Shown here piece by piece: positions 25,546 to 43,762 of a stretch of 64,000 bases of DNA. A program made the translations under genes and the position numbers. A model generated the notes under the pieces. The model saw only the letters and a program-made list of their open reading frames with translations, did not search any database and was not told the DNA's origin. Each line of letters opens with the position of its first letter. Positions within the stretch are counted from its first letter, which is position 1. The stretch is taken from assembly GCA_964016885.1 (NCBI GenBank), contig OZ024742.1:194432001-194496000 (forward strand), given 5' to 3'. This DNA comes from Eledone cirrhosa (taxonomy: Eukaryota).

Positions 25546-25900
25546 TACGATATATTAACAAATGGTAACAATATTTATAAAACCATATTTATTTCATTAT
25601 ACATATTTCAAGGACACCAAGTTAAATTATGGTGTGCTTTCATCAGATAAAATATAATATAGAGCAGTTTTATAAATGAATATTGACATACCCTTAAAGA
25701 ATGCGACCATTGCTATCCGGGAGCTTCCAACAGAAATGGTCGCATTCTTTAAGGGTATGTCAATATTCATTTATAAAACTGCTCTATATTATATTTTATC
25801 TGATGAAAGCACACCATAATTTAACTTGGTGTCCTTGAAATATGTATAATGAAATAAATATTTTTTTATAAATATCGTTTCCATTTGTTAATATATCGTA
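25546..25900. repeat. Hairpin with 166-bp arms and 23-nt spacer, next to the Penelope 5' end
   Basis: ...ttgacatacccttaaagaatgcgaccatt [gctatccgggagcttccaacaga] aatggtcgcattctttaagggtatgtcaa...; inner ~130 bp appear perfect. Confidence 0.95.
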
Positions 25901-26043
25901 TATATATATTCAAAAAATGAAAAAAAATGACTTCACTTGTACTTCTAAGCAAATTGATTTAATTTCATTATATTATTTTATGAGTTATAATATAATATAA
26001 CTCATTATATTATAATATAACATACTATAATATAATATAATAT

Positions 26044-26229
26044 AATTGTTTCTACATTTGGCACAAGGCCAGGAAATTACCCAGTAGATTTCTGGTACTT
26101 TATTTTTTCGACCCTGTAAGGGTGAAAGGCAAAGTTAGCCACGGCGGGATTTGAACTCAGAATGGCAAGAGCCGTAACTCTTTGCGTCAAAGCATGGCGT
26201 TCGACCCTCTACCGATACTGCCAATTCAC
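26044..26229 (-). mobile_element. SINE main family (left member of head-to-head pair)
   Basis: Homologous to 11739-11921. Confidence 0.88.
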
Positions 26230-26247
26230 AATATAATATAATATAGC

Positions 26248-26431
26248 TCGGTGAATTGGCAGTATTTGTAGAGGGTCGGACGCCATGCTTTCCAGCATAG
26301 TTACGTCCCTTTACGGTCTCAGTTCAAATTCCGTCGAGGTTAACTTTACCTTTCATCATTACCGGGTCGATAAAATAAAGTACCAGTAATGAACTGAGTA
26401 TTTGCTGGCCTTGTGCCAAAAGTAGAAACAA
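26248..26431 (+). mobile_element. SINE main family (right member of head-to-head pair)
   Basis: cggtgaattggcagtatttgtagagggtcggacgcc...cagttcaaattccg...gtcgataaaataaagtaccag...ccttgtgccaaaagtagaaac. Confidence 0.88.
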
Positions 26432-26495
26432 ATATATTTTATTATGAGTTGGTAGATCTAGTAAAAATATGTAACGCTTCACGAATTTGTGTGTC

Positions 26496-26602
26496 ATACT
26501 TGCTACGGCTGTACATATTCTAAAATTGGAACGATACAGTGAAGATTAGCATGGCATCTGCCCAAGGATGACACGCAAATTTGTGAAGCGTTCCATATTT
26601 TT
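26496..26602 (+). pseudogene. U6: U6 snRNA pseudogene (full length, 107 nt)
   Basis: tacttgctacggctgtacatattctaaaattggaacgatacagtgaagattagcatggcatctgcccaaggatgacacgcaaatttgtgaagcgttccatattttt aligns end to end with metazoan U6; the ACAGAGA box is mutated to ACAGTGA and the upstream promoter region is replaced by an inverted duplicate. Confidence 0.93.
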
Positions 26603-27227
26603 ACTAGATCTTCCAACTCATAATGTTATATTATAAAATTAAATCAAATTGTCTAGAACTACAAGTGATGTCATTCTTTTCCTTTTTTAAAGATACTTAA
26701 CTGTACGAAGGATTTCACACATTTTCCTATATATATATATATATTAACATGTGTGGGTGTGTGTTTTAAAATACGTGTGTATATAAATAATCGATGATGA
26801 CAAAACGGTGTTCACATTCCTATTTCTTCACTTTTAAACACATTTTCTGAACTATGTCTTTATTTTCTCGGGTTTTTTATTATTATACTTTTGAAGTATT
26901 CTCTTATATATTATCTATTACACTCATTTTTATTCACCTCTTTCACACCTGAACCCTTTTCTCACATCGTTATTGAACATAATATCCATTTCTTTTTTTA
27001 TATGACCAGCAGGAAATATCTGCATGTTCAAGTGTGGTGGCATGGAATTACATCAATGCTATCGATTAGCCTGCACATAGATATTTGCTCATGGAAACGT
27101 ACTTAATACAATGATTTCATTATTATCTCATTATTTTTATTCTTTCGTGCTCTATAATATATATATATGTGTGTGTGTGTGTATGTGTGTGTGTGGGGGG
27201 GTATGTGTGTGTGTGTGGGGGGGGGGG

Positions 27228-27298
<71 letters not shown>

Positions 27299-29049
27299 CG
27301 TGCGTGTATACGTGTAATTATATGAACTGATCGCTCAGTTTTTGTTTTTATATTTATAATAATTTACTAAATCTGTTGATATTCCAAACATAGTTATATT
27401 ATCCAATCACATTTTCGTAGTCAAATCTTAGAAAATTATTTTACAAGACTTTAATCAATATCTGATCTTCATTCATATCGGAAATTGCAATACACATACA
27501 AAACGTAGAAAGCAAGGATAAAAAGCATTCCTGATAGATTCACATCCTAACCTCAGATTTAAATACGATATTAAACAAATTGAACAAATCGATCGTGCGA
27601 ACTATATTACTGACCGGAAAACAGTAATTTCCTCAGTAACAGTCAACATCGTTTCGTCCTAAACTTAACAAAGATACTTAATAAATGTGCTTCCACATTT
27701 TATCGATACATTGAGGTCTGCTTTGGCAAGTGAAAAGGTTTATTGGTTTTAATTAGATTTTGTCAGGATGTTCGACAATTGTAAGTAAACGATTCTATGC
27801 TATAATACTTGAGTGCCATATATTATGTTCTCATACTCTAGGTTAAATTTCACCGCATGTAAGGAGGCGTTTCTCTGTTTGGCTTGTCTAATTTTTTGAA
27901 AGGCAGGAAAGAACGAATGTGACATATATTGTATCAATGAAAGTATCTTGTATTAAATGTTGTCGAACATATACACATTCAGATACGACTGAAATGGTTA
28001 GGGTTAGGGTTTTGGGAATAGGTTTTGTGGAGGAAACTAATCAGATCATATAAATGATAGCTAAAGAGTTATTGAGATTTACTAGCACTAAATAAAGAAA
28101 ATAGTAAGTTTAAATTAAAAAATAATAAAATAGTACATTATTGACTTCATGGGAAAGAAATATTTAGTGTAACTATCGTTCATGATGCCAAACAGAACCA
28201 ATCACTAAACGTGCTTCAGTTAGGAACTGGCAATTATTGCATCTAACAGCACATGTTTCTTTGCGTTAACTTTCTGACACTTGATATGTGGTTTAATCCT
28301 AGGAACATCCCATAGCTGTTCCTTGCCTAAAGACATCAGCAATGTTATGATGGCATCTGATAAAAAACACAAAAAATGATATAGCTAAATTTCATGTCGT
28401 AGTAGAATTTTCTTTGGAAAGTTATAATCAGTATACAGCTTCTTGCAATATATATATATATATATTCTTGTGACTCTAAACTCCGCCAGTTGCAAACTCC
28501 GCCAGTTGCAAAGTTCGATCAGTAACACCAGAGTTTAAAGAGCAACGATCAAGTCCAGTCCATAAGCTGACATTATCAAGCCATCGTCTTGGCTGCCGGC
28601 CTCTGTATCTCCAACCAGCCAACCACCATTCTAGGTATAACCTACTCACACCACGAGTTGATATTAGTTTGAGAACTCTTGACTAGACGATTGATTTAAT
28701 TGGTCTAAGTTTGGTAATGTTGAGCAGCTCACTGATTGAGAGGGAGAGAGCGAGAAAGAGAGACAGAGAGAGAGGTAAATAGATAGATACAGAGAAAAAG
28801 AGATTTATTTATTGATTGATTTATAGAAATATCAAACTATTTAATTTGGTTAATAATAATTAAAAAAATCTAATATGCTGGAGTTCCAGTTATGGGATAT
28901 GAAAATTCGACCACACATCATTCTATTTGTTTCATAAATATTTAAATATTCTTAACGCATTACCAAAGCTGTTGCTTTGGTAATGCTTTCATTTATATAT
29001 TCTTTGGTGTTCAAAGTATAATATAACAACAAAGTATAGCCTTTAGTTG

Positions 29050-29175
29050 ATGAGGCATTGTTGGATGGTTAAGGAGTTTGCTTCTTAATCATAAAGTTTA
29101 GGGTTCGGTCATGCTTTGTCAAATGTCATTTATCATAGCCTCACGTCGACCCATGCCTTGTGAATGAAATTGTGA
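29050..29175 (+). mobile_element. Diverged tRNA-derived SINE remnant (third family)
   Basis: A-box-like gatggttaaggagtttgct and B-box-like gggttcggtc followed by tcatagcctc...gccttgtgaatgaaatt. Confidence 0.45.
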
Positions 29176-29280
29176 AAAGTGACACAGTGTCACATACTGT
29201 GTCATCTTGAATCACCCTGAAAACTACCTTATTATGAAAGAGCAGTTCAATTCATATTAGAAATAAAGGGAACGTTATAT

Positions 29281-29466
29281 AATTGTTTCTACTTTAGGCA
29301 CAAGGCCAGCAATTACCCAGTACATTACTGGCACTTTATTTTATCAACCCCGTAAGGATGAAAGGCAAAGTTAACCTAGGCGGGATTTGAACTCAGACTG
29401 TAAAGGGACGTAACTATGCTAGAAAGCATGGCGTCCAACCCTCTACCGATACTGCCAATTAACCAC
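29281..29466 (-). mobile_element. SINE main family
   Basis: Near-identical to 11739-11921. Confidence 0.9.
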
Positions 29467-29732
29467 GTTATATAATGTAGTTCCGTATTATATGAAACAA
29501 TTGGTTAGTGTAATGTTTTAGATTAAATTCTTTAAATAAATGTATCCAGACACTAAGGCGTACTCTAAACTGTTTGTTACCATAATAATTAATAACACCT
29601 AATGGAGTCGTAGTTGGATGTCCTGACACCGGTGTGTTAAACCTAGCAGAGTACATCTCTCTCCAGGCCAAAACAGTCGGTGTTTTCCATATGTATGTGT
29701 ATTTATTTTATACACGCAGACACACACACACA

Positions 29733-29783
<51 letters not shown>

Positions 29784-30283
29784 TTCAGAGATTTCGAAGA
29801 AAGAAATAAGTGAGAAAGGGTTAGAGTGAGGAATATAGTAATAAAGAGAAAGACGTGACTGCAGAGTTATTTTTAATCCGACACACAAACGACTCTGCCA
29901 ATTCGCCGGCTTGAAACCAACTTAAGAATTCAAAAACTAAAAATGCAAACTGAATTCTCGATGATCTATTATATTTTGGTTTGAAGTGAGTAATGTCTTA
30001 GGATAATATATGTGGAGTTTTATTAGGGCCGCAGATGGTGGAAATATTTTACATTTAAAATGAATTACACCCGGAATAGTGGTATGGGAATGAAAAACAG
30101 ACATTTCGTTTAAGGATGGAGTCTAGGAAGTGAAGAAGAAAAATACGTCAGCTACAAACGTCTGCGTATATATAATTACAACAACAACATTGATAATAAT
30201 GCTACCAATAATTATAATGTTGATGCACACACACATACATATACACAGAAACACAAACAGACAAGCATACACGCACTCACACA

Positions 30284-30415
<132 letters not shown>

Positions 30416-30436
30416 CACACACACACACACTAACAA

Positions 30437-30543
<107 letters not shown>

Positions 30544-31045
30544 CATAACATCGGGTTATCGAGTGCAATACTATTTTCACTCGGTGAAAATATGTATTAC
30601 TCTTCAATGGTTCTCCGCAAAGGTTAAGTTTACATCCTAAAAGAAGGATGATATATCTCATATATCTGACAGAATACTATTTGAACGCTGGCCTGGTATG
30701 GTAGATAAATATTTTCTTTGAAATAGTCTGGTTCCAGGTACGATCATTTAGTAAAGCATTTGGTTAACCAAAACACTGAGTTACAGAGGGTAATGTTTCT
30801 TGATTAGAAAACACAATAATACGTACGGTTTAACAGGTAGACTTGTGTCTCGAGTTACTTCTCTGAATATCAAACGTTAATTTAAACATTCAACAGAGAT
30901 CGATAGAAAAAGAGTAGGGAAAGAAAATCGCGTATATAACATTTAATGAGTAGTTACAGTTAGACTGGAAATGGTGTGTCTAATTATAAGCCTACCTCTT
31001 GACACAAACCCACACACATATATACATAAATAAATACACACACAG

Positions 31046-31102
<57 letters not shown>

Positions 31103-31128
31103 AACACACCCACCCACATATGTATATG

Positions 31129-31188
<60 letters not shown>

Positions 31189-31525
31189 TACATATTCAGT
31201 TGAAAATCTGTCGACTTTTTTTTAACAGATGTAATACATTCCACGATGTTTGTTCATCCGGAGTTTTATTATGATAATAAACAAGAAAGACGGTTTCATT
31301 TGTACATCCCTATTTTATTTGTTGTATGTATTTCAAAGTTGTAAGAGTGTTGTATAACAACTGCCCTACATGTGCTCTTCAGACAAAAATACAAACCAGA
31401 TGTGAATATCCATTGATAACTTACCGGTCATACGTGTTTATTGTTTTTTTAATTCATTTATACCCATCCCTAAATATATGCACACATAGACACACACACG
31501 CAAACACACACATAAATACATACAT

Positions 31526-31624
<99 letters not shown>

Positions 31625-32312
31625 CGCGCGCGTGTGTGTATGTGTGTGTGTTTGTGTGTGCATGTGTGTGAATTGTAGGAGTTTATATATTAACCCTTTG
31701 AATCAATTTCTTATTGCCAATGCGATGTTAACTCAAACGTCTAATATATATATATAGACTACGTAGATCCATATGAACCTATTCATTGACATTTTAATTC
31801 CACCAAGCAAGGTATTTACTTAAAAGCGTTCAATTAATCAACTGATAATTTCTGACGTGAATTTTCATGAGAATTAGACGAAGAGGAATATGTGTTTAAA
31901 ATATACCACACGAGGTAAATTTGAAATATATATCACGATTTACCTCCCTGACTATCAAAATGTTTTGGCATTTTTCATTTCGTGTGTCTGATTTCGTCTA
32001 AAAATTGATAAGCGTTCATTTTATTAACTAATGAGAAATAACTGATATAACTTGAGTCTATTCTTACGGTTAAGTTATATAGACTAACCGGGAATCACAT
32101 AAAGAGAGCAACACAAAAAAAAAACAACGAGGGAAAAGAGCATGATGGAGAGATACCGGAAGTAGAGGAAAAAACAAGAAAGGGTGAAAGACAGAAATGG
32201 AAACTAAACGCATTCTTTCTTCTGTGTCACATTGATCATTTTCCTCTTTCTGATCCACACAATAACACCCATTCTCTCGCCCACAAATATATATATATAT
32301 ATACATACATAT

Positions 32313-37814
<5,502 letters not shown>

Positions 37815-37892
37815 AATATAAATTAGCGAGAATCGTATATCGGCTTTGGAAATTAGCGAAAAACAACTTCCGGGATGTGTGGCAAGCGCTCA

Positions 37893-37923
<31 letters not shown>

Positions 37924-37924
37924 A

Positions 37925-38635
37925 ACCTTGGTCTTCCTCTTCCAGTGTGTCCATGTAGGGGCTCCCACAGGAGCACTGAGTGCAATGTCAACTCTGGATG
38001 TCGGTGAGCATGTCCAGCTAACCTCAGTCTCCACTGTGTTTAAGCTTTAGCTGACTTTTGGGAGGCTCCCATACAGCTCTGAGTTTTTTATCCTCAGTGT
38101 ATACTGATTAATGTTCAGAGCCATCCTCAGCATTCTCGTGTAGCACCCATCCACAATCTGAGTGAGTTTCTTGGTCAGTGTCCAAGTCTCACACCCGTAC
38201 AGCAGCCCAGACTCCACTACAGCAATGAAGAGGCGGATTTTCAGGTCTTTACGAAGGTCCGACTTCCACACCGATCACAAGCTGTGGCACGCCGCCCAGG
38301 CTTTGCTCTTCCTCTCAACCACATTATCTTCCGTATTCCCAATCTTTGCTCCCAAATGCAGGAAGTCCTCAACCAATTCTAGCGGCGTCCCGCCTACATT
38401 AGTGATCCCTTCTGGCTTCTCAACATTCTCTACCAGATATTTTGTTTTAGTCTCATTCATTCTCAGCTCCACACTCATCAACACAGTCTCAACCTCCTGC
38501 ATCAAATCCTCTTCCTTCTTCACTGTATCTGTCACCAAAATATGTCGTCGGCAAATTCAGCATCCGATATCTTTTTCGCCTTAACTCTCCTGCTCTGAGC
38601 CGGTGCTACAGTAAAGCCACAATCCTGGTGTTTCT
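37925..38635 (-). mobile_element. RTE-like LINE fragment (RT C-terminal part)
   Basis: DAEFADD near 38545-38565, LRMNETKTKY, DFLHLG, LKIRLFIAVVESGLLYGCETWTLT, GCYTRMLRMALNI. Confidence 0.8.
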
Positions 38636-38672
38636 CCCTTTACGGGATCCTCTTTTATTATTATTATCACTA

Positions 38673-38756
<84 letters not shown>

Positions 38757-38863
38757 TAAAATAACAATAAATAAGAAGACTACAATCCCGTAAAGGGTAA
38801 AAGCAGTGTTTCTTTGCTTAAACTTTAATATGTTATTTTAATGAATATATATACATAGGCACA

Positions 38864-38967
<104 letters not shown>

Positions 38968-39125
38968 GCTTTATCTTCTAACACTCGTTGTCAGTAACCA
39001 CACGGTGTCAACTTTCTCAATCCATATTTTTGTATTTACTGCTGTGACTCCGATCCATGCTCTCTTGCTATCTCGCTCACTTTCTTGTTCCCGGTCGGAG
39101 TTGAATCCCGCCACTCTTTTGGATT

Positions 39126-39282
<157 letters not shown>

Positions 39283-39544
39283 TCGTCTTGTTTGTCGCTC
39301 GCGGTTGCACTTGCGTCGACACCCTTTTGGATTAACTCCCTTTACCCATCTCCTCCCTCACTCTGACTATCCCTCTTACAAGGGCGCGCTATGGATAGGT
39401 GTTCTGTTTGTAATGAGCCGAAACATCAATGACCCGTAGTAAACAGCTGATGAAGGAAGCTGTCCATCTCTAGTTTGTGTCGCCTTACCTTCTAAAACTC
39501 TTTATCAGTAACCACACAGCATCGCCTTCCTCAATCCATATTTT

Positions 39545-39590
<46 letters not shown>

Positions 39591-39612
39591 TATACACATA
39601 CATAAATATTTC

Positions 39613-39646
<34 letters not shown>

Positions 39647-39702
39647 ATTATAATTATATATATACACACAAACATGTTGTTTATGCACATGTAGTTATGC
39701 AC

Positions 39703-39733
<31 letters not shown>

Positions 39734-40169
39734 AACATAGGGGTGGTGGGTTGTATGTCTGAGTGGGGGAGTAATTTTGTGTGGGTTGTGTTTTGCGTCT
39801 GTTTGTTTTGGGATTCTTCCTATATATACGTTATATCCGTGAATTTATCAGCAACTGGACATTCAGATATACTGCACAATAGAATGTTTACTGAACATGG
39901 TGGAAAAGTACATATATATATATCTACTTGATATTCAATTACACCCATTAAAAGCCAGAAAAACGCATTTGACAAATAATTGTGTGCTTTTGTATTTTTC
40001 GTATAATACGACACAATTTAAATCATACAGACGTGAAAGAAAATCATGAACATTATACGTAATGATGAGTTGGAAAAAGTACGAAAATAATACCTATTAT
40101 TATTACCCTTCCTCTGGAAATAAAAACCCGTTAAAATAAACATAAAGACACACACATAGCTGAGTATTC

Positions 40170-40206
<37 letters not shown>

Positions 40207-40228
<22 letters not shown>

Positions 40229-40338
40229 TATTAAAATAACAGATTAAAGTTTAAGCAAAGAATCGCTACTTTCACCCTTAACGGGATCTTCTGAAACTAA
40301 TAGCGATTCTTTGCTTAAAATTTAATCTATTTTAATAA
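40207..40338. repeat. Hairpin-shaped repeat unit (related sequence at 38638-38845)
   Basis: ttattaaaataacagattaaagtttaagcaaagaatcgcta ... tagcgattctttgcttaaaatttaatctattttaataa. Confidence 0.8.
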
Positions 40339-40425
40339 ATTTTTGCTCTACGGTTCTTATATATTTGATATATATTTATCCTTATCGAGCCCTCTTTGGA
40401 TTTTAGTCTTCAAATTTATTATTAT

Positions 40426-40471
<46 letters not shown>

Positions 40472-41682
40472 TAAAAAGTTGAGGTGTGACACACGGGTTG
40501 TGATATGTTAGTAAAAGGGAAAAGAAAATGCTGTCAATTTTTTAAAATGAAAACTAGTTTAATTAGGAATAAGTATAAATTAATAATAAGTATTAGTTAG
40601 TATTTAGTTTTAGTTTTAAGTATTTACCTGTTGCGCATTTCTTATGCTTTTCAAAAATAATTTTGAGATAGAGTGCTCGTGGTTTTTGCTCTAATCTGAT
40701 CAGTTTTGGAAATTCTTCCTGTTTTATGTGAAAAAAAGTGACTTGGGAGGTATTAACATTTGGTTGGTTGTTGAATGTCACGTGAATATCCACTATAAAT
40801 TTCGTGCCAATTCGTGTTGGAAAAATTATTGTTGTCAAACAATTTTGATTGGTCAGTAGAGGTCACGTGAATGTTCAAATTGATTTTACAGCGAGCTGGT
40901 TTTGCGCCAAATGTAGGTTTGTCGAAGAACGGCCTTTTCCGCTTGATTGAGAGGTCAATAGTTCAGGTGTCTGTGTGTGTGTGTGTGTGTGTGTGGCTGT
41001 GTGTAGCAAAGTGGTTTATTGTTGTGATAATGGGAATGAATCGGTTAGTAGAAATGTGTGTGTGTGTGGAGGGGGGGGGGGTTATTTTAACATGTGGAAA
41101 CATATTTTTCAGCTCTTGTATACGGAGAAGTGTGTGTGTGTGTGTGTGTGTGTATGTATATCTGTATGTTAGCGCGCGCGTGTGCATGCGCGCGCGTGTG
41201 TGTGTGTGCGTGTGTGTGGATAGACCAGCATTTTTTGGGTACTGGTAAAAATGGCGTACATTATTCGATATTTTCAGTCATTTGGAAAAACGATTCTCTC
41301 AAAAGAACATCAATAACATCAAAAATAAAAGAGCTGAAATGAGGGATAGTATGGCATAACAACAAGGCGTTTGTAAATCCAGATACTACGTACTGCAAGG
41401 GGAATATATTAGGCCCTGTCGTATGGGATACTTGTGTACAAATATATATGCACCCATCAATGTGCAATACATGTGTGCATATGTGTATGTCTGTGTGTCG
41501 GCACGTGTATATCTATAAACATCAAAAGGTATGCGAATTTGTGTATATTTGTGTTGCACCATAGAACATGTGTGTTTACGTATATCATTGTGTTTATATG
41601 TGGATAGAAATGTATGTAGGATATATGCTAATGTAGGTATGTATGTCAACGTGTGCATGTTGTGGGTTTGTCTTAGGAAGAA

Positions 41683-41976
41683 GTGTTTAGACGGGGTCTG
41701 TATTTGTTAATAACGTGAGATTCCTTGCTGATGCGCTGGTGGTGGGTGGCATTATCTGTAAATTTGTAGAGGGGAAAGGTTCTAAAGTTGGGATGATTTG
41801 GAGTGGCACAGGTATCAATGTGTTCACTCAATGCTATTTTTCTGTATTCCCGTATTTTGATTTGGGATCTATGGATAGTTATGCGTTGGCGGAGGGTGTT
41901 TTTAGTATGGCCTATGTATTGTTCTCGACAACCTGAGCAAGTTAATACAGTTTTCTGATGCGCAGGTGAAATTGTG
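41683..41976 (-). mobile_element. Penelope-like GIY-YIG endonuclease remnant
   Basis: Minus-strand translation HNFTCASEN...[47 protein letters not shown]...FPLYKF...RISKESHVINKYRPRLN. Confidence 0.8.
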
Positions 41977-42004
41977 TTTTGCTATAAAACGTTGTCCTTG
42001 TTTG

Positions 42005-42069
<65 letters not shown>

Positions 42070-42070
42070 G

Positions 42071-42188
<118 letters not shown>

Positions 42189-42853
42189 CTGTGTGTATGT
42201 TCGTGCGTGTCTGTATATATGCATAAAAAACATAACACAAAAACGCACAGAAAGACATGCACAGACACACAAACTATACGTATATATATATATATATATA
42301 TATAAATGAGACGTATAGAGATTGTTTTAGCAAGAAGCTAACGGCATTCTATAACATATATGCGACTATAACGTCAAGATGGGAAAAGTTGTATATTATT
42401 TATTAATATATAACCTCTCAAATATGTAAATCTAAGTTTACATTATATTTTTTTCAGATCTTTTACTGATAGTTAATGGAATATAAATTCCCAACAACAT
42501 GAATATTGTATATATATATATATATATATATATGTTGGGGGGGGGGGGGACGTGTTTGTGTGCATTGGAATTTCGTATTTCTAAAGAAATCCGGTTTGCT
42601 TAACAATAGACATTTAGAAAGCCGTAGCTGGGTGGGATCTTCCTGATGAGAACCAGTTCGATTCTAAATACATCAACGATTGTCCCCTTTCCTTCTGCTG
42701 GACCTGGAGACCACCAGGTCGTCAAAACCACCGATGGTTTTGCATAGCTACGGCGTTCTAAATGCTTATTTATTAACACGCCGTATTTCTTTAGAATTAC
42801 CAAATTCCAATACATATCTGCATACAACTATGCTCAAAGATAATTTCTAATTA

Positions 42854-43762
42854 TCTATATATATAAAACTGTGGTTGTCTGTCTGTCTATCGATTTTTGG
42901 CACACATCTCCTCTTAGAATCTCTCACGGAATTGCACCGAAATTGCGAGACTTGTACATTGAGCCCTAGCGAAGACATCGGAAAAAAAATATTTCAAATT
43001 GACCCACCCTATGTGACGAAATCGAATATAATGTATCGATTTTTGAGCGTAAGTTATCAGTTATTTCCCTTTGAGCGTCTTACGTAAAAAATTACGCTGG
43101 CTTTCTCAGCGTTTAAAATGACATTAACACAATACATGAACAAAATTCATCAGTTCGAACACTAAGCTTCCGTTTTGCTTCATTTCCATTTAAAAGCATT
43201 TTAAAACAATATTTTTACTTGAAAACAAGTCTATTTAAAGACTACGTAAATCAAGCAAATATTTCGTCGTTAGGCGTGCAGACAGACAGTCGTACAGAGA
43301 GGTGATATACGCGTGCAGACAGACAGTCGTGCAGAGAGGTGATATAGGCGTGCAGACAGACAGTCGTGCAGAGAGGTGATATAGGCGTGCAGACAGACAG
43401 TCGTGCAGAGAGGTGATATAGGCGTGCAGAGAGGTGATATAGGCGTGCAGACAGACATAACTGATAATTTGGTTACGCTAATGTTTTTCTCTGCGTTGCA
43501 GTGTTTACATTTTCGATCTTTGTTAATAAATAACCAGTGCAGTTTCTATCCCCAGCATCCTCTTTTGTTATAACATTCGGGTTATCGTTATGTTTTCTTA
43601 ACTTCATAAGGCATATTGTTGGTTGAGGGAATATTAATCAAAAACACCACATGCAAGTCTGCACAGTAGACACTACAGTTTTTAAGCCAAGAAAGAAACT
43701 TAACATTGTAACTTTAACACAGCTACTGAGCGACCCCGAGCAACGCTGGGCTTTACTGCTAG
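42854..43762 (+). mobile_element. Non-autonomous Helitron, unit 1
   Basis: A|TCtatatatataaaactgtgg 5' end; 3' hairpin cccgagcaacgctggg followed by ctttactgCTAG. Confidence 0.88.
43271..43457 (+). repeat. 37-bp minisatellite (~4.5 units) inside Helitron unit 1
   Basis: taggcgtgcagacagacagtcgtgcagagaggtgata repeated. Confidence 0.93.

Noticed and set aside
26496-26602. Functional U6 gene
   Set aside because: ACAGAGA box and internal stem-loop are mutated, and the upstream PSE/TATA region is replaced by the inverted duplicate and a SINE
27996-28016. ggttagggttagggttttggg as an interstitial telomere
   Set aside because: Only two TTAGGG units
28478-28512. 16-bp tandem duplication (also ~6762-6807 and ~15234-15280)
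   Set aside because: Ordinary replication-slippage duplications
39415-39465. ccGAAAc ... CTGATGA as a permuted hammerhead
   Set aside because: Could not close stems I-III convincingly
43271-43457. 37-bp repeat as a CRISPR array
   Set aside because: Units are contiguous with no unique spacers, lie inside a Helitron, and there are no cas genes; the context is eukaryotic
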